Assembly (NCBI GenBank): GCA_013239625.1
Contig: MU057352.1
Location: forward strand, 32,452,904-32,516,903
DNA length: 64,000 nt
Reading direction: 5' to 3'
Origin: Lama guanicoe
Lineage: Eukaryota
This document shows, in pieces, positions 61,201-64,000 of this stretch. The first letter of the stretch is position 1, and every line of letters starts with the position of its first letter. The notes below the pieces were generated by a model. It was given only the letters and a program-made list of their open reading frames with translations, did not search any database and was not told where the DNA came from. A program made the translations under genes and the position numbers.

Positions 61201-63329
61201 TGGCCACCTGGAGGCCCCACAAGTTCCCTGCTGAGCTGGACCCAGGTAGCAGCTGCAGACTCACACAGGTGTACCTCCCTCGGTGCGCTGACCCCGCAGT
61301 TCCTCCCCTGGGAGATGGTAGCTCCATGACCATCAGCCACTCCAGGGCCCTGGCCTCCTGACCCCACTGCTCCCTTCTCACTTCCAACCTTAATTCCTAA
61401 GGACTCCCCAGAGCTGTCCATTCAGCACACTCCACAGCCCCCCTCTCTCCACAGGCCTCCAGAAGAGCCCTCATGCATCTCCTAACCTCCCTGCCCCATC
61501 AGTTCTTGGCCCTGACTTCTCAGTTCCAGTGCCCTAGCCTCTCTCTTGTCTCCACCTCTCTCCAGTTCCCCCAGTGGCTTGGTCCCAGTGTGGGGCAGGA
61601 GGCGGGGGCTGTCTGCTTCCCTACTGCCCTACTCGGCTCCCTTCTCCAGAGTGCAAGTGCCTGGGGGTGCCACTGCGTGCTGGGAGGGGGTGTGCAGTGA
61701 GAGCCTCCAGACTCCCACACCCTCCCTGCCCAGTGCCCTGGGTGGGTGGGGGCCACCCCAGTCCTCAGGGTCCCCGGTTTGATGGTTTGATGCACCTGAC
61801 CTGTGTCTCAGGACCTCCTGCCAGCCTCGCAGGTCCCCTTCCCCCTCCCACCTTTCTTCCCTCACTCGACAAATGTCTGGTGAGCACCGGCCCAGCCTGG
61901 CCTTCCATCCGGCCTCACAGGCAGCCAACTGTCCTCCAAACCCAGACATCTGACCTGCCCTTCTTGCCTAGACCCTCTAGGTCCCCATCCCTTCAGGGCT
62001 CACACTCCAAGCCTGTCCAAGATGGCCCCACCATGGGCCAGGCCCTGCCCACCCTGTCGTCTCTCCCCTGCACACCTCCCCACCTCCCCTGAGCCGCGAC
62101 TCCTCCCTCTGGTGCCAGCTCGGCTCTTCTGGGTCATTGCCGCCCAGCGGGCTCCACCCTCCCAGTGTCCCCTCAGCACCCCCTGCCCCTCACTGCCGCC
62201 GCGGAAGCACTCGCCTCCACAAAGACCCTCGTGACCAGCACGCTGGTTATTGCCTGCGACTTGGGGGCTGTTGCCCTGTTTAGAGGAGACAGTTTTCTCC
62301 GGAGGTTGAACCCCCTCATCTGTAAACTGGTCCCGAAAACCATTTTCATGGAGGATAGAAAGGCCTTGTCATTCTTTTCAAGCCTAGGGTGGGGCCAGGC
62401 TGTTGGAAGTGACAGTGGGAGAGAGTCTGAGGGGAGCTTCCTAGAGGAGGCGAGGCAAGACCAAAATCAGGGAAGGGGACAGTGAAGCCAAGGAGGTGAT
62501 GTGAGAGTGGCCCAGGGTAATCAAACCCCAGTGAGGGCAGAGGTCAGCTGGGAAAGCAGCTGCGGGAGGGGAGAGCGTGGGCGCCTCGTGCTCCCCTGCT
62601 GTCACTGCCCCCGCCCCGCGCGCCTCCTCCACCTGCAAGGCCCTCCCCTCTGACCGCCCCTGCCCGGTGCAGCGGCCCACCCTGCCGGCTCTCGTCTGCT
62701 CGCGGGAGGGGCCGCCCAGCCCCGCGGGCTCTGCCGACCCTGAAGCCTTGCCTGCTGCTGGCCCCCCACAAACGGCCACAAAGGCCTTCTCTGCAGTTCC
62801 AGCCACTGCCCCTGCCACTGCCGCGGGGCCTTTGCACAAGCTACCCTAATGCCTGGAGCATTCCTGCCCCGCTGCCCCCGGCACCCCCACCTTCTGCCTT
62901 CCCCGTCCCCCCAAGCCTGGGGTTCCCTTTAACCTCCTTTACGGTGTCCTCTCAGTCTGTTTCCCCGAGGCTGCAGTTTCCCAGCAGGGAAGAGGCTCCC
63001 CAGACATGCGGGTCAGGAGCCTGAGGAGAGGACCCAGAAATGCACTCCAGGCTAAGCAGAGAAATTGGTACAGAAGCTGTTGTTTGTAAGTAAAGATTGT
63101 TTAAAAAGTTATAGAAGACAGCAGCCCCAAGAGGGGGAGCCTCTGGTAAGACCCCAGGAGCACACACTAGTTGGCCCAGAACCCCTCTTCTGGGAACTGA
63201 ATCACTGGAAGAAATAAGAAATGCGTAAGAAACACACTGCTCCAGGATTCTTCACGGATTCCAAATGGCCACGCAGGTTCAAGAACACAGGAGGGACAGG
63301 CAGCGGCTAGAAACCGTGCTTCTGAAGAC

Positions 63330-63520
63330 TAAGGACGTGGGAAGCGGCTGGGGACCCGCCTGCAATGCAAAAGGCATACGGTTCTAACGCACAACCCAGA
63401 GTTCCCTCTGGGTTTGGGGATTTGGGTGATTTATTTTTTCCTGTACCCTTTTCAAAAATTTCAAACTTGTCTGCAATGAGCATGGATTAATTACCCTTAT
63501 CAGAAAAAAAAAAAGAAAGA
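63330..63520 (+). mobile_element. Ancient L1ME-type 3' end with poly-A
   Basis: gggtgatttattttttc...tttcaaacttgtctgcaatgagcatg...cagaaaaaaaaaa. Confidence 0.6.
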
Positions 63521-63589
63521 AAGCTTATTTAAAACCAAAGATGACGTGAAGTTTAAGGCAAAAAGAAGACAATTCGCTACCTTAGTCCC

Positions 63590-63820
63590 GGGGAGGGGTG
63601 GGCGGGGGGCCGGCACGGGGTGCGGGCTCTGCCAGCTCTGAGGTCCGGAGGGCCTGGCGGCCTTGGGGTTCCTGAGGAGAGGATGGAGAGGCCTCAGGCA
63701 GGGAGGGATGGGGGGGGGGCCGGCACGGGGTGCGGGCTCTGCCAGCTCTGAGGTCCGGAGGGCCTGGCGGCCTTGGGGTTCCTGAGGAGAGGATGGAGAG
63801 GCCTCAGGCTGGGGAGGGGC
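63590..63820. repeat. 110-bp tandem duplication (2 copies, identical 96-bp core)
   Basis: 63604-63699 is identical to 63714-63809 (ggggggccggcacggggtgc...gagaggcctcaggc). Confidence 0.93.
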
Positions 63821-64000
63821 TGGTGCTGGTGGGGAGGTTGGCCGGGGAGGACAGCAGCCCCTCTGGCCGAAGGCAAGCTCACTGCCCACCGTGTGGACAT
63901 CTGAGGGGAAGAGGCATGCCCCGAGGTCGCTCAGGACCCGCAGGCTGCCTGGGTCCGTAAGGCCCTGGGCATTCGGCTTGGTGCTGGCGGCCACAGGCCA

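Noticed and set aside
62570-62830. CpG/GC-box-rich patch as the MROH4 promoter
   Set aside because: The whole region is GC-rich and no TSS evidence is available from sequence alone, so it cannot be supported.

Overview
GC-rich mammalian genomic DNA. It is probably camelid, judged from a Vic-1-like tRNA-derived SINE and camelid-type L1 tails. Two multi-exon genes converge tail-to-tail. On the + strand (932-~16600) is the 3' part of ADGRB1/BAI1: end of TM5 through TM7 and the whole cytoplasmic tail to the PDZ motif QTEV, with a polyA signal at 16572. On the - strand (~60700 to ~28240) is an apparently intact MROH (maestro HEAT-like repeat) gene. It has 23 phase-compatible core exons (970 codons plus stop) and 2 probable N-terminal exons. 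By synteny with ADGRB1 it is most likely MROH4, which is a pseudogene in human. Intergenic and intronic DNA holds L1, LTR (MER21-like, MLT1), DNA-transposon (MER2, MER5), MIR and L2 relics, plus two N gaps. Most ORF-track entries are GC-rich shadow ORFs. Most notable points: (1) a 99-nt in-frame cassette exon (2893-2991) restores in ADGRB1 the 33-aa intracellular-loop-3 insert of BAI2/BAI3, but with the CxxC cysteines replaced by Arg; (2) the ~32-aa polyproline (IRSp53-binding) tract is cleanly absent from the ADGRB1 tail; (3) MROH4 has an intact core but apparent frame lesions in its 5' exons; (4) a MEF2/CRE/ETS motif cluster lies between the genes. Comparisons to human and paralogue proteins are from memory and need alignment to confirm.
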